Below, one piece after another: positions 38,114 through 48,096 of a stretch of 60,806 bases of DNA. The notes below the pieces were generated by a model that saw only the letters and a program-made list of their open reading frames with translations, searched no databases and was not told the DNA's origin. Source of the DNA: Fibrobacterales bacterium (GTDB lineage Bacteria; Fibrobacterota; Fibrobacteria; Fibrobacterales; JAOPTW01); contig JAOPTW010000066.1 of the NCBI GenBank assembly GCA_051532035.1, positions 1-60,806 on the forward strand, given 5' to 3'. How positions within the stretch are numbered: the first letter of the stretch is position 1; every line of letters starts with the position of its first letter. The position numbers and the translations under genes are program-made.

Positions 38114-40012
38114 TTAATAGGCTCGAATGGTGCGCCCTTCAATGAAATTTACATAGGATTGGTTCACTACTTTGTTGCCACCCGGAGTTGGGTAGTTTCC
38201 AGTGAAATACCAGTCACCTTTATTGTTAGGGCATGATTCATGAAGGTTTTCAATACTCTGATACACTATCTCTACTTCTGCATTAATATCATACGGACGA
38301 ACTTGTTCTGCAATTTTTGCTGAGATCTGTTCTGCTGTAAAATCCTTGTAGAGGTCTTTAACAAAGTTTTGAATTTCTTCTTTTGGGAGGGCAAGTTGTG
38401 CCTTACATTTCTTATACACTTCTTGTATAAGGACATCTTTGCCATTCTCTTTGTTCAGTGCAATCATCGCTTTAAAAGCGGCGAAGTCACCGAGGCGTGC
38501 CATATCGATTCCATAGCAGTCAGGATAGCGAATCTGAGGAGCAGATGAAGCTATCACTATTTTTTTAGGCTGAAGGCGATCTGTAATTCTTAGAATACTC
38601 TGTTTGAGTGTCGTTCCACGAACAATAGAATCGTCAATAAGTACTAAGTTGTCGTTCGGTCTTACCGAGCCATAGGTGATGTCGTAAACGTGCTCAACTA
38701 AATCGTCTCGTTGATTATCTTGAGTAATAAATGTTCTGAGTTTAGCATCTTTGATCGCTACTTTTTCGACTCTGCATTCAAGGCTCAAAATCTCTTCAAT
38801 TTGCTCGTCGGTGGGCGTGCCTTCGATGGCTTTGAGTTTCTCTTTTTTAAGACCTTTTATATAATCATTGACCCCCTCTATTACGCCGTAGAAGGATGTT
38901 TCTGCAGTATTAGGAATGAATGAAAAGACGGTATTGGCTATGTCATAGTTAACCGACTTCAGAATAGAAGGTGCAAGAAGTTTACCAAGCATTTTGCGCT
39001 CTTGATAAATATCTCTATCACTGCCTCTCGAAAAGTATATGCGTTCAAATGAGCACGGGGCAGGGGGGAGAGGTTCTTTAATTTTGTTTTCGCTGATCTC
39101 TCCATTCCGCTTAATAATAAGAGCATGTCCTGGTTTGATCTCTTTAATTTGTTCTGTCTGAATGTTAAGCGCAGTTTGAATTGCAGGACGTTCAGAGGTT
39201 ACAATGGCAATCTCATCATCATGATAATAAAATGCAGGTCTAATTCCTGCAGGGTCGCGCATAACAAAAGCGTCACCATGTCCGAGCATACCACAGATAG
39301 CGTAACCGCCATCCCATTTTTTTGTCGCTTCACTTAGGATGCGAGGAAGGTCCATATTTTGGCTTATAAGGGCGGTAATGTCTTTATTGTGAATCCCGTC
39401 TTTATTGTATTTGTGATGGAGTGAGTTGTTTTCCATGTCAATAAAGTGACCAATTTTTTCAAGAGCAGTAACGGTGTCTTTACGTTCTTTTGGGTATTGT
39501 CCAATCTCAACGAGTTGATTAAAGAGTTCATCCACATTGGTAAGGTTGAAATTGCCTGCGAGCATAAAGTTTCTGGTCTTCCAATTACTCTTTCGAATAA
39601 AAGGATGGCACGAACGGATGTCGTTTTTACCATAGGTGCCATAGCGGAGGTGCCCAAGATAGAGTTCACCAATAAAAGGTGCATTGCGCTTGAGCCATTC
39701 CGGGTTTTTATAATCTTCGGGGCTGCTTTTGTGGGCTTGTTCTATTTTTGAATAGACCTTATTAAAAATTGTTTTAATAGGCTGTGAATCATTGGCTCTA
39801 TAGCGGTTGATATAATTACGCCCTGCTTCGAGATCGAATTTTATGGTACCAATACCTGCACCATCTTGCCCACGGTTGTGCTGTTTTTCCATGAGGAGGT
39901 AGAGCTTGTTAAGTCCATAGAGACTGCTCCCATATTTATCTTGAAAGTATTGAAGAGGTTTAAGGAGACGTATTAGTACAATACCGCATTCATGCTTTAT
40001 AGCATCACTCAT
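38114..40012 (-). CDS. purF: amidophosphoribosyltransferase (long Bacteroidota-like type)
   Basis: MSDAIKHECG, QHNRGQDGAG, GHLRYGT, CSFERIYFSRG, LVLIDDSIVRGTT, PQIRYPDCYGIDM. Confidence 0.92.
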   Translation of the reverse strand: MSDAIKHECGIVLIRLLKPLQYFQDKYGSSLYGLNKLYLLMEKQHNRGQDGAGIGTIKFDLEAGRNYINRYRANDSQPIKTIFNKVYSKIEQAHKSSPEDYKNPEWLKRNAPFIGELYLGHLRYGTYGKNDIRSCHPFIRKSNWKTRNFMLAGNFNLTNVDELFNQLVEIGQYPKERKDTVTALEKIGHFIDMENNSLHHKYNKDGIHNKDITALISQNMDLPRILSEATKKWDGGYAICGMLGHGDAFVMRDPAGIRPAFYYHDDEIAIVTSERPAIQTALNIQTEQIKEIKPGHALIIKRNGEISENKIKEPLPPAPCSFERIYFSRGSDRDIYQERKMLGKLLAPSILKSVNYDIANTVFSFIPNTAETSFYGVIEGVNDYIKGLKKEKLKAIEGTPTDEQIEEILSLECRVEKVAIKDAKLRTFITQDNQRDDLVEHVYDITYGSVRPNDNLVLIDDSIVRGTTLKQSILRITDRLQPKKIVIASSAPQIRYPDCYGIDMARLGDFAAFKAMIALNKENGKDVLIQEVYKKCKAQLALPKEEIQNFVKDLYKDFTAEQISAKIAEQVRPYDINAEVEIVYQSIENLHESCPNNKGDWYFTGNYPTPGGNKVVNQSYVNFIEGRTIRAY

Positions 40013-40181
40013 GATTATCCTGGAAAGATCTGAATTCGCCATAAATATACCTTTTTCACAAGGTTGCCTCAATTGCAGAGAGGGTAAAAAGAGGATAAAC
40101 TGATATTTGTCGTCCTTGGCTCTGGCGAATTGCCTCTCTAAAAGATATTTTTATAAGAGGGTGACAAAAAAGGTGTATTTT

Positions 40182-41297
40182 TTGGAAGAAAATCAAGAAA
40201 ATCAAGAAAATCAAGAAAATCCCGAATCAGAAGAGAACAGCTACAAAAGCAGGCGTAAAGATCGTGCAAAACGCCGAGACGTCTACCAAGAGTGGCAAAG
40301 TGGAACTCTCGATGAAGAGTACCGTATAAAAGAGCGTTGGTCGCGAGAAGCTAAAAAACCCAAGCAAAAAGTTCAGAAACAGCAAGAGCTTCTTACTGCC
40401 GAACGGCAAGAAGTGCTTGTTGTAGAGGTGCATCGAAGAACTTCAGTAGTGAGAGCCGCTTCTGGGGAGTTTTTTAAATGTTGGTATGCCGCAAATCTTA
40501 ATTTGAGAGAGTATGGCCGACTTGCTCCTGGCGATAGGGTAACTATTGCTCAAGATGTTGATGGAGATACTTTTTACATTATCGATCTCCTTGAGCGTAC
40601 GACTAAATTGTCTCGCCCGGGGCCACGTGATAGAATTAATAGTGAGCTCGTGCTCGCTTCAAATATCGATAAGGTGTTGATTGTCTGTTCGGGGGTCCCT
40701 GATCAATTTAATCCAGGTTTTCTCGATCGGTATCTTCTTGTGTGCGCTTATTCTGAGCTCGATATGATCTTAGTGATCAATAAGAAGGACCTCTACGGTG
40801 AACTTACGCCCGAGTTACTCGAGTACTCTGAACTTGCTCAAAAAACGATTTTGACCTCAGCTCAAAGTGGTGAGGGGATTGAAGAGTTACGAACCGAGAT
40901 GGCTAATGGGTTATCAGTTCTTACTGGCCAGTCGGGGGTTGGTAAATCCACACTCATCCAGGCCCTTATTCCAAACCTCGACCTTAAGACCAAAGAGGTG
41001 CGTGAATCAGATGGTAAGGGGAAGCATGCGACCACGGTCTCTACTCTCTATTCCTTGTCTGAAGACGCAATGGTCATTGATACTCCTGGAATAAGAGAAT
41101 TGGGGCTTTGGAAAATAGAGCCTGAGTCAGTTGCTCACTATTTCCCTGGTTTTGAATCGTTGATAGGCGAGTGTCGTTTTTCAAATTGCCAGCATCAAAG
41201 AGAGCCTGGATGTGCTATTATACAGGCTGTCGAAGAGGGGGTTATTTCAGAGAATCGCTATTCGAATTACTTGAGAATCGTTGGCAGTATCTCGTAA
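40182..41297 (+). CDS. rsgA: ribosome small subunit-dependent GTPase A
   Basis: NKKD, GQSGVGKST, GKHATT, DTPGIRE, zinc site CRFSNCQHQREPGC; TTG start with AGGTG RBS chosen (start uncertain). Confidence 0.92.
   Translation: MEENQENQENQENPESEENSYKSRRKDRAKRRDVYQEWQSGTLDEEYRIKERWSREAKKPKQKVQKQQELLTAERQEVLVVEVHRRTSVVRAASGEFFKCWYAANLNLREYGRLAPGDRVTIAQDVDGDTFYIIDLLERTTKLSRPGPRDRINSELVLASNIDKVLIVCSGVPDQFNPGFLDRYLLVCAYSELDMILVINKKDLYGELTPELLEYSELAQKTILTSAQSGEGIEELRTEMANGLSVLTGQSGVGKSTLIQALIPNLDLKTKEVRESDGKGKHATTVSTLYSLSEDAMVIDTPGIRELGLWKIEPESVAHYFPGFESLIGECRFSNCQHQREPGCAIIQAVEEGVISENRYSNYLRIVGSIS
40186..40221 (+). repeat. in-frame 9-bp tandem repeat (AAGAAAATC)4 in the rsgA N-terminus
   Basis: four perfect copies encoding ENQ repeats. 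Confidence 0.9.
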
Positions 41298-41381
41298 CAA
41301 AGCTGGTTTCATTAGTCTTTTCTCGTATCTTGAATGGGCTCAATGATAGGATTTGTGTTAAAAATTATATATCTTTGAAAA

Positions 41382-41795
41382 ATGGATATTATTTTAGCAT
41401 CACAAATGGTTATTGTTGCCTCTATCGCTATATTGGCCTATAACCTATATCAAACATCACTCTCAATCTCAACGGTTGAAAATCAGGTGGATGATTTTCT
41501 AGAACTTCTCAATAAAAACCCAGAAGAAGCCCAGGGGTTCTCGGCACTGAGCTTTATTGTCTATTTTATTCTTCCGCTCTTGTATGTTGTGCTACTCTTC
41601 TTTGCAAATTTTAGCGTGCTGGTTCTCGGAGTTGTTGCGGTGAAGCTCTTTGCTGGTGGGTGGCTCAGTCACAAAATTCAAAATGAAATACTCTCTCTTA
41701 AAGCCTTTCCTCAAAAATATTATTTCCTTAGCAAAGTTGATCACACAATTAATGTCATAGCCATGGCAGTAATATTGTATTTTGTTTTTGTATGA
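41382..41795 (+). CDS. hypothetical membrane protein
   Basis: 137 aa with about 4 hydrophobic segments; ATGA-coupled to the next gene. Confidence 0.65.
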   Translation: MDIILASQMVIVASIAILAYNLYQTSLSISTVENQVDDFLELLNKNPEEAQGFSALSFIVYFILPLLYVVLLFFANFSVLVLGVVAVKLFAGGWLSHKIQNEILSLKAFPQKYYFLSKVDHTINVIAMAVILYFVFV

Positions 41796-42334
41796 TGCGA
41801 CCTCAATTATTAATACTTGTTGTATGCCTGTTAGGGGCATTGAATGCAACCCCCAAACTCCCACTCTCATTTGGGGGCCAGTTTGAAGTATTTACTCGAC
41901 AAGGTGACCCTCATTATGCAATAGCGCCTTTTATCTCAGGGTACTACAAAGGGATAGGCCATGTGAAAATTGGAGCGTTGGTCGAAAAGTATGATCAGGT
42001 TGATGCAAATGGAGCGATTTTTGCAACTGAACGAAAACGGATTTTTGGTCAGGTAGGCATTGACCTCGTCATGATTGGTGGGGGGTCGTATATCTATTAT
42101 AAGCTTTCTAATCAAAAACTATTGGTCGACAATACTCTTGGTGATAGCGATTGGATTTTAAATCATAGCATTGGTATTGGTGCTCAACATATGCTGAACC
42201 CATTTCTTGGCCTTACAGCAGAGTTGGAATATGCATGGGACAAGGCGCTTATTAATTCACAAGCACCGCAGAGTGAACCACTCAGTCAAAGTGGTGTCCA
42301 GATGAATCTGGGTATACTCTTTTATATCTATTAG
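41792..42334 (+). CDS. hypothetical outer-membrane beta-barrel protein
   Basis: signal peptide, alternating beta strands, terminal LGILFYIY. Confidence 0.65.
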   Translation: MMRPQLLILVVCLLGALNATPKLPLSFGGQFEVFTRQGDPHYAIAPFISGYYKGIGHVKIGALVEKYDQVDANGAIFATERKRIFGQVGIDLVMIGGGSYIYYKLSNQKLLVDNTLGDSDWILNHSIGIGAQHMLNPFLGLTAELEYAWDKALINSQAPQSEPLSQSGVQMNLGILFYIY

Positions 42335-42350
42335 AATTTTTAAATAAAAT

Positions 42351-42375
42351 AAAAAAGACTCTAATAAAGAGTCTT
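42351..42375. terminator. terminator between convergent genes
   Basis: AAAAAAGACTC-taataaa-GAGTCTT; U-tract on the minus strand. Confidence 0.55.
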
Positions 42376-42418
42376 CTGCTGCGTGCAGTATACCTGCTCG
42401 CTCAATGTGTCTGGCTTA

Positions 42419-42841
42419 TTATGTAAAGCTTTTTAGAATAGTCTCTTTTTGCTTATCAACAACAAACTGCATTTCAATAGTGCGTGCTTGTCTCCAAGAT
42501 GGGGCGTGCTGTTGTGCCCATTCATCCTGTACTTTGGGACGATCTTTCTCACCTTTTTCTCCACGAATCCACATCTCTTTGCTAATCTCTTTAATTTGAG
42601 ATGCAAGCTCTGAAGGGAGGTGAATACTTTTACGGTTTTTAAGATACTCTTTAATGATTTCTAGTTTATCATCATCAGTCTTTGCTTTTTTTTCAGTAAT
42701 AAGTTGTTGAACCTCTACTTGATTATCGTTAAGGCACTCAAGCAAATGATCAATCATCTGTTCAAATTCGCCATTGTTGTATTTCGCCTCAAGATATTCT
42801 TGTGCGTACCATAGACCTTGTGAGGAGTTCTCTGTCATCAA
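42419..42841 (-). CDS. hypothetical protein with DUF4032-like C-terminal motif
   Basis: EISKEMWIRGEKG..D......EWAQQHAPSWR resembles the EI..HKW..SEK.G.D...W...H...WR pattern as recalled. Confidence 0.6.
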   Translation of the reverse strand: MMTENSSQGLWYAQEYLEAKYNNGEFEQMIDHLLECLNDNQVEVQQLITEKKAKTDDDKLEIIKEYLKNRKSIHLPSELASQIKEISKEMWIRGEKGEKDRPKVQDEWAQQHAPSWRQARTIEMQFVVDKQKETILKSFT

Positions 42842-42957
42842 TTGTTATCCCGTTTGCTTCTGATAAAAATATACTAAAATTCACTTTTTCTAAAAGCACT
42901 ATAAGAAATATATTATATATAACTTTATGCTCTTTTGGCTATTTAGGCAGAAAAATA

Positions 42958-44124
42958 GTGATATTCAAACGTTATTCGTATCAGCAAGTTGTTTCCTCAT
43001 CATTATATTACATAATTGTAATTATAGCTATGCTTTTTTCTTCGCCGGTCTGGGCTACCATGAGCGGATATGGTGAAATACTTGACTCACATGGCAGAAT
43101 AGAAGTGATGAGAGAGGGGAGTGTCGAGTGGCAATTAATTACAATTGGTGATAAAGTATTTCATAATGATCGAGTACGATCATTTAAAGCGTCGGGATGT
43201 ACTATTCAGTTTTTGGATAGCTCATCTGTAGATCTTCAAGCCGCTTCTGGTTTTCTGTATAATAATTCTATTAGTGAAAAGTCTGAAGTAGTAGAGCGGA
43301 TTTTCTCAAATGTTTATGGGGTACTTGAGTTCTCTCTTTCTCAAAAGAGTATTAAGGGAGAGTCCCACAATTGGATTAAAATAAGGGGACTTGAGGTGCA
43401 AGCCCTGTCATCTCAGTTGTCGGTAGTGTCTGATAGTACTCATGTTGAGGTCGTTGTTAAAAAAGAGAGTGCATGGGTAAAGGGGAGGTACCTTAAAGAG
43501 TCACTTACATTAAAGGGCCATAAGATAGTGTATGACCCTATTAAAGGGACTGGAGTGATTGAGCCGGTTTCGGAATACTTTATGCCAGATGTAGTCATAG
43601 CGCCAGACACAGGGTCTTTCGATAAAGGTATAGATCTCAGTAAAGAGAACTTAGTCTTGAGTAAGGTGGTTTTGGAAGGGGATTTATCGGGGCTACCGAA
43701 CCGGTGGGATGTGGGCGGCCTCTTCTTGGGAATACAGCGCTCGTATTTTAAAGGGCGTACTGCAGAGCTTTGGGTGAGTGACCGTGAACAGCCTGATCCT
43801 TCAACGCTCCCCCCTCAATATAAAGGAGCGACTATGCTTCTTACTACTGTCGTCAAGTCATTTAAGGTTTCAGTTGTAGGTAAGGAGTTTAGGGTTTCAG
43901 TCTCGATAGATAATAGGCTTTTTAATGCTCGGTCTGGGTATGAGATTACATCGATTCCATTTATAAAACACTATACGGTACCGGTAAGTAAAAAAAATAA
44001 TATGAAAATTCTTAAGTACCTTCCCTTGGAACGAACGAATCGACGAATTGCACAGAGTATATTGGATGATTGTTTTGGGGATTACTTGAAACAACTCGAA
44101 AAAGCGGTAGAAGACCCCTTGTAG
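42958..44124 (+). CDS. exported protein with FecR-like N-terminal domain
   Basis: G.IEV.R.G...W....GDKV..NDRVRS......IQFLDSS pattern; GTG start gives a signal-like N-terminus and avoids overlap with the divergent gene (start uncertain). Confidence 0.6.
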   Translation: MIFKRYSYQQVVSSSLYYIIVIIAMLFSSPVWATMSGYGEILDSHGRIEVMREGSVEWQLITIGDKVFHNDRVRSFKASGCTIQFLDSSSVDLQAASGFLYNNSISEKSEVVERIFSNVYGVLEFSLSQKSIKGESHNWIKIRGLEVQALSSQLSVVSDSTHVEVVVKKESAWVKGRYLKESLTLKGHKIVYDPIKGTGVIEPVSEYFMPDVVIAPDTGSFDKGIDLSKENLVLSKVVLEGDLSGLPNRWDVGGLFLGIQRSYFKGRTAELWVSDREQPDPSTLPPQYKGATMLLTTVVKSFKVSVVGKEFRVSVSIDNRLFNARSGYEITSIPFIKHYTVPVSKKNNMKILKYLPLERTNRRIAQSILDDCFGDYLKQLEKAVEDPL

Positions 44125-44151
44125 TTGATAGTCATTTTTATTGTGATACAT

Positions 44152-44178
44152 AAAAAGTCCACCATGATGGGGGACTTT
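44152..44178 (-). terminator. terminator downstream of tRNA-Leu
   Basis: minus strand AAAGTCC...GGACTTTTT. Confidence 0.6.
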
Positions 44179-44192
44179 AAGATAAAAAGAAG

Positions 44193-44276
44193 TGCTCAAG
44201 GAGAGAATTGAACTCTCACGATCTTGCGATCAAAGGATTTTAAGTCCTCAGCGTCTACCAATTCCGCCACTCGAGC
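44193..44276 (-). tRNA. tRNA-Leu (anticodon TAA), CCA not encoded
   Basis: reverse complement GCTCGAG-TGGCGGAATTGGTAGACGC-T-GAGGA-CTTAAAA-TCCTT-long variable arm-GAGAGTTCAATTCTCTC-CTTGAGC-A. Confidence 0.96.
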
Positions 44277-44324
44277 AACTTGCGGACAAAAGATAAGTAT
44301 ATTTTAATAATAGTCAAATAAAGA

Positions 44325-45113
44325 TTGGTAATTTTAAACACCTTGATCAAATTAGCTCTAATACTCTTGCTTTCCTTATCTTTTGGATTTGGACAATCAC
44401 TTCGCCAAAAGCCTAGTATACTGCTCCACCATGGGGTTGTTTGGGTCGAACGTGGTTTGTATGCCTCTATGGGGGTCGGTCAAAATAGGCAATGGGGTGA
44501 TGGTTCACTCCTCTATGTCAACGAATCTGCTGGATACGCCTATGCTGCAAATTTTATGGGTGGTGCCGAAGTACTTATGCGCGGGGGGATTTACCATACC
44601 GAGAGTGACGAGAGGAGGATTTATAGTTCTGAGACCTATAACCTCAATGCAAAATATTTATCAGTGTCAGATAATAAAAAGAGTCTCATTTATATTTCTC
44701 CCTTTGGCGAAATTGATGTTGCCAAAGATCAATCATTACAGGTTGTCGCTCAGAACGATGTTGATAGCCTAGAGGAAAATGAAGCTCGGAAGGAATTTCT
44801 CAATGAAAAGGGTCTTCTTATAGGGCTTGAGTTGGGTTATGGAGAGCGAACAAGAAACTATTGGGGATACAATAGCTCTCTTACGGCCGAAATTAATCTC
44901 CTTAGATATGGGTATGAGCTGGGGAAAAGGGGTGAAAACAACCCTATTTGGAGAGTTGAAGGTTCATTTGGCGCATCGGTTGATCTGCTAGCGGTTTTTC
45001 CGGGGGCGATTGATGTTTTAAACGCTCTCTATCTTTATTATGATTCATTTGTTGATTATGATGGGGTCTCTCTTAATTTTACCTACTATTTTGGCTCTTC
45101 TTTAGCATTTTGA
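44325..45113 (+). CDS. hypothetical outer-membrane beta-barrel protein
   Basis: signal peptide, Gly/aromatic beta strands, C-terminal Phe. Confidence 0.6.
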   Translation: MVILNTLIKLALILLLSLSFGFGQSLRQKPSILLHHGVVWVERGLYASMGVGQNRQWGDGSLLYVNESAGYAYAANFMGGAEVLMRGGIYHTESDERRIYSSETYNLNAKYLSVSDNKKSLIYISPFGEIDVAKDQSLQVVAQNDVDSLEENEARKEFLNEKGLLIGLELGYGERTRNYWGYNSSLTAEINLLRYGYELGKRGENNPIWRVEGSFGASVDLLAVFPGAIDVLNALYLYYDSFVDYDGVSLNFTYYFGSSLAF

Positions 45114-45235
45114 GTTTTTAGATTGGTTTAATCAATTACTCGTGCTTGCATCCACTGTTATTTTTATTATATTTGTTCCCCACATTAACCCTCTTATCTA
45201 TATCAAAATAGGTGAGCGCAGCCCAAAGGGAACGT

Positions 45236-45625
45236 ATGAAACAATACGAAACTATGGTCATCATAGATTCCATGGTGACTGACCAAGTAATTCAAGATGA
45301 ATTACAGGCAATCGAATCTACCATCACCGCTGCCGGTGAAATAATCAAAATCGACAAGTGGGGCAAAAGAAAAATGGCCTATGAAATCGATAGAAAAAGT
45401 CACGGCTTTTACGCGGTTTTCTATTACAATGCAGAAACCTCTGTAATAGAAAAGCTCGAAGCGAACTTTCGCATCAATGACAACATAATCCGTTGGATTT
45501 CGTTGAAAGATCAGCCATTACCAATTGAAACACCTGAAGAAACTACTGAAGTTGCTGCAGAAAGTGCTGAGCCTGCTAAAGAAGAAAACGCAAAACCAGC
45601 TGTTAAAGCAACAGAGGAGGCATAA
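45236..45625 (+). CDS. rpsF: 30S ribosomal protein S6
   Basis: [27 protein letters not shown]. Confidence 0.95.
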   Translation: MKQYETMVIIDSMVTDQVIQDELQAIESTITAAGEIIKIDKWGKRKMAYEIDRKSHGFYAVFYYNAETSVIEKLEANFRINDNIIRWISLKDQPLPIETPEETTEVAAESAEPAKEENAKPAVKATEEA

Positions 45626-45627
45626 TC

Positions 45628-45858
45628 ATGGGTGGAAGATCAAGAAAAAGAAAGTCATGTTTTTTTACTGAAAACAACATCGACTTTATCGATTATAAAG
45701 ACGAAAAAACTCTCCGTCGCTTCATTAGTGAGCGTGGGAAAATTGTTCCAAGAAGAATTTCTGGAACTTCGGCAAAACATCAACGTATACTTGCAATCGC
45801 AATTAAAAGAGCTCGCCATATGGGTCTCTTGCCATTCGTTGCAGATAACATGAAATAA
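45628..45858 (+). CDS. rpsR: 30S ribosomal protein S18
   Basis: [33 protein letters not shown]. Confidence 0.97.
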   Translation: MGGRSRKRKSCFFTENNIDFIDYKDEKTLRRFISERGKIVPRRISGTSAKHQRILAIAIKRARHMGLLPFVADNMK

Positions 45859-45869
45859 GGGGAGCTCAG

Positions 45870-46319
45870 ATGGAAATTATTTTAAAAGCTGATGTATCTA
45901 ACCTCGGAAAAGCACTTGATGTTGTAACTGTTAAAGATGGTTATGCACGTAACTTTCTTTTCCCACAAAAACTTGCTATTCTTGCGACTAGATCTGCAAA
46001 AAATATGGTAGAGAAAAACAGAGCAGAGCTTGAAGCTCGTTTTCTTAAAGAAAAAGAGTCTGCGTCACTCCTTCTTAAGAAACTTGAAGAAGCATCTGTT
46101 ACTATTCCTGTTGCTGTTGGTGAAACAGAGCAAATGTATGGATCAGTTACTGGTCATCAAATTGCTGAAAGCCTCAAAAAACAAGGATTCAAAGTTGAGA
46201 AGCGTCAGGTTAATCTTGACGCTCCAATTAAACAACTTGGTGTATACACTGTAGCTGTTAAACTTCATGCCGAAGTTGAAGGCTCTGTGAAAGTATGGGT
46301 TGTTAAAGAAGAAGAGTAG
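45870..46319 (+). CDS. rplI: 50S ribosomal protein L9
   Basis: MEIILKADV.NLG, VKDGYARNFLFP, YGSVT, PIKQLG, KLHAEV. Confidence 0.97.
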   Translation: MEIILKADVSNLGKALDVVTVKDGYARNFLFPQKLAILATRSAKNMVEKNRAELEARFLKEKESASLLLKKLEEASVTIPVAVGETEQMYGSVTGHQIAESLKKQGFKVEKRQVNLDAPIKQLGVYTVAVKLHAEVEGSVKVWVVKEEE

Positions 46320-46338
46320 TACTCTTTTTGAATACTTT

Positions 46339-46368
46339 AAAAAGACTGCCTTTGGGCAGTCTTTTTTT
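46339..46368 (+). terminator. terminator of the rpsF-rpsR-rplI operon
   Basis: AAAAAGACTGCC-tttg-GGCAGTCTTTTTTT. Confidence 0.85.
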
Positions 46369-46434
46369 GTATCTCCTCCTTATTTCACCAGTGTTAAGTC
46401 GCCAATGCACCAAAATATTAGGTATTATTAGGGA

Positions 46435-47373
46435 ATGAACTGGATTTTATCGATCATACTGATTCTGGGAATAAGCCTTAATGTTTGCGCCCAAGAGCCA
46501 ACAACATCTCGCTCTCGTAGAGATATTCTTGGTCCTGTCAAAAAGGTTGGCGTCAAGGCCCATACAAATAAAATCTTAAAGTATCGCTCTGCTAAAAAAG
46601 CTTTTTTCCTTTCTCTCGCATTTCCCGGAAGTGGCCAGGTCTATGTTGGCGGGCAGAAAATGAATTACATAAAAGCGAGCCTTTTTACTCTTTCAGAAGC
46701 AGCACTCATTGGAGGCTGGTACTATTATTCAATAAAAAAATATAATGACAAATCGTCCCAAGCTAAGACTTATGCAAATGTGCATTATAGCAACTTCATC
46801 TATGATTCTCTTACTACTAATCGTTATTATGCTTTTCAGGAAGAACCTGACCGGAAAGAGTTTGCACTGAATTACCTTGAGGACGATAGAACCCAGTTTT
46901 GTGCAGCAATGTATGGTGACGAAGGGAAAACAACAAATGGGTGCACTACAATCAAACGAGATAGAATTCTGCAAGCACAGCATGAAATGACATTAAAAAA
47001 TAATCAGCCTGTTGATAAAAGTAGATGGTATCGAACTCTTGAATCACCGGCTCTAATATTGGGATGGAGTGATGTTGTTGAAGGGCCAGCAGTGAATGAT
47101 GGCTCCCCGTTAGGGAATTCTGAGCATTATGGTCACTATATGAGTTTACGTGAAAAAGCACGGGAGTATGAATCTCTTAGTGGATATTTCTTTGTAGGCG
47201 TACTGTTAAATCACATAGTCTCTGCAGTGGACGCTCTTTTTGCAGCTGAAGCAAATAATGCGGCCCTCTACGATGGTGAGATGGTGTGGTATCGAAATAT
47301 TCATTTACAGAGCGATACCTATCTCTCTGGTACCGATATTACATCAGACCTCACTGTTGCATTGAGGTTTTAA
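46435..47373 (+). CDS. hypothetical exported/membrane protein (DUF5683/TM2-like motif)
   Basis: SAKKAFFLSLAFPGSGQVYVG and NHIVSAVDA motifs; signal peptide; terminal Phe. Confidence 0.65.
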   Translation: MNWILSIILILGISLNVCAQEPTTSRSRRDILGPVKKVGVKAHTNKILKYRSAKKAFFLSLAFPGSGQVYVGGQKMNYIKASLFTLSEAALIGGWYYYSIKKYNDKSSQAKTYANVHYSNFIYDSLTTNRYYAFQEEPDRKEFALNYLEDDRTQFCAAMYGDEGKTTNGCTTIKRDRILQAQHEMTLKNNQPVDKSRWYRTLESPALILGWSDVVEGPAVNDGSPLGNSEHYGHYMSLREKAREYESLSGYFFVGVLLNHIVSAVDALFAAEANNAALYDGEMVWYRNIHLQSDTYLSGTDITSDLTVALRF

Positions 47374-48096
47374 ATGAGAAGTTTTTTTGTTGTACTGCTT
47401 TGTATGAGCCTCTCACTCACGGCTCAAACTATTATTCGTGTACCTGATATGGATTCGGGGGGTGAAAATGAATCTGATGAAAGAAAAAGCATTGGGGTGG
47501 CCATTGGACTATCCCTACTGCTTCCGGGGTCAGGTGAGGCATATTTGGGTAGTAAATTCCGTCAAAAAGTATTTTTAACCAGCGAAGTAGTCTCGTGGCT
47601 CGTGACAGGTACGGCATATGTGATGCGTGAACAATATAAAACGACAGCACATGCCTATGCTATACGTTGGGCCGGTGCTACAGGGGCACCAAAAAATATT
47701 GAGTACATGGAGCGAATGGAGAAATTTCGTTCAAGAAATGGTGTTGATGGGCAGCCAAATGCTCAGGGTGAATATGATAACTATAACCTCTATTTACAGA
47801 GAAATGGTCAAGCACTTGATAGTGAGTACCCAAATAGTACCCCGTATATGTGGGACTGGGGGACAAGTGATAATCCTGAAAATAGTCGACATTGGGATCG
47901 CTATGGAGAGATTCTTTCTAAATACCGTCGTGCAGAAATAGTTGTAAAAGCATCTATTGGTGCACTGATTCTCAATCGTGTTATTTCGGCAGTGAGTGTC
48001 GTTCAATTTTATAAATCAAATAGTTTAAACAATTTACAAGCAGTACCTCTGATACTCGATGAGCGTCCTGGAGTATTGGTAGTGGTAGGATTTTAA
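47374..48096 (+). CDS. hypothetical exported/membrane protein, paralog-like of the upstream gene
   Basis: KSIGVAIGLSLLLPGSGEAYLG and LNRVISAVS motifs; terminal Phe. Confidence 0.65.
   Translation: MRSFFVVLLCMSLSLTAQTIIRVPDMDSGGENESDERKSIGVAIGLSLLLPGSGEAYLGSKFRQKVFLTSEVVSWLVTGTAYVMREQYKTTAHAYAIRWAGATGAPKNIEYMERMEKFRSRNGVDGQPNAQGEYDNYNLYLQRNGQALDSEYPNSTPYMWDWGTSDNPENSRHWDRYGEILSKYRRAEIVVKASIGALILNRVISAVSVVQFYKSNSLNNLQAVPLILDERPGVLVVVGF

Noticed and set aside
44125..44324. Genomic island integrated at tRNA-Leu
   Set aside because: No integrase nearby, and no duplicated tRNA 3' end was noticed in the window
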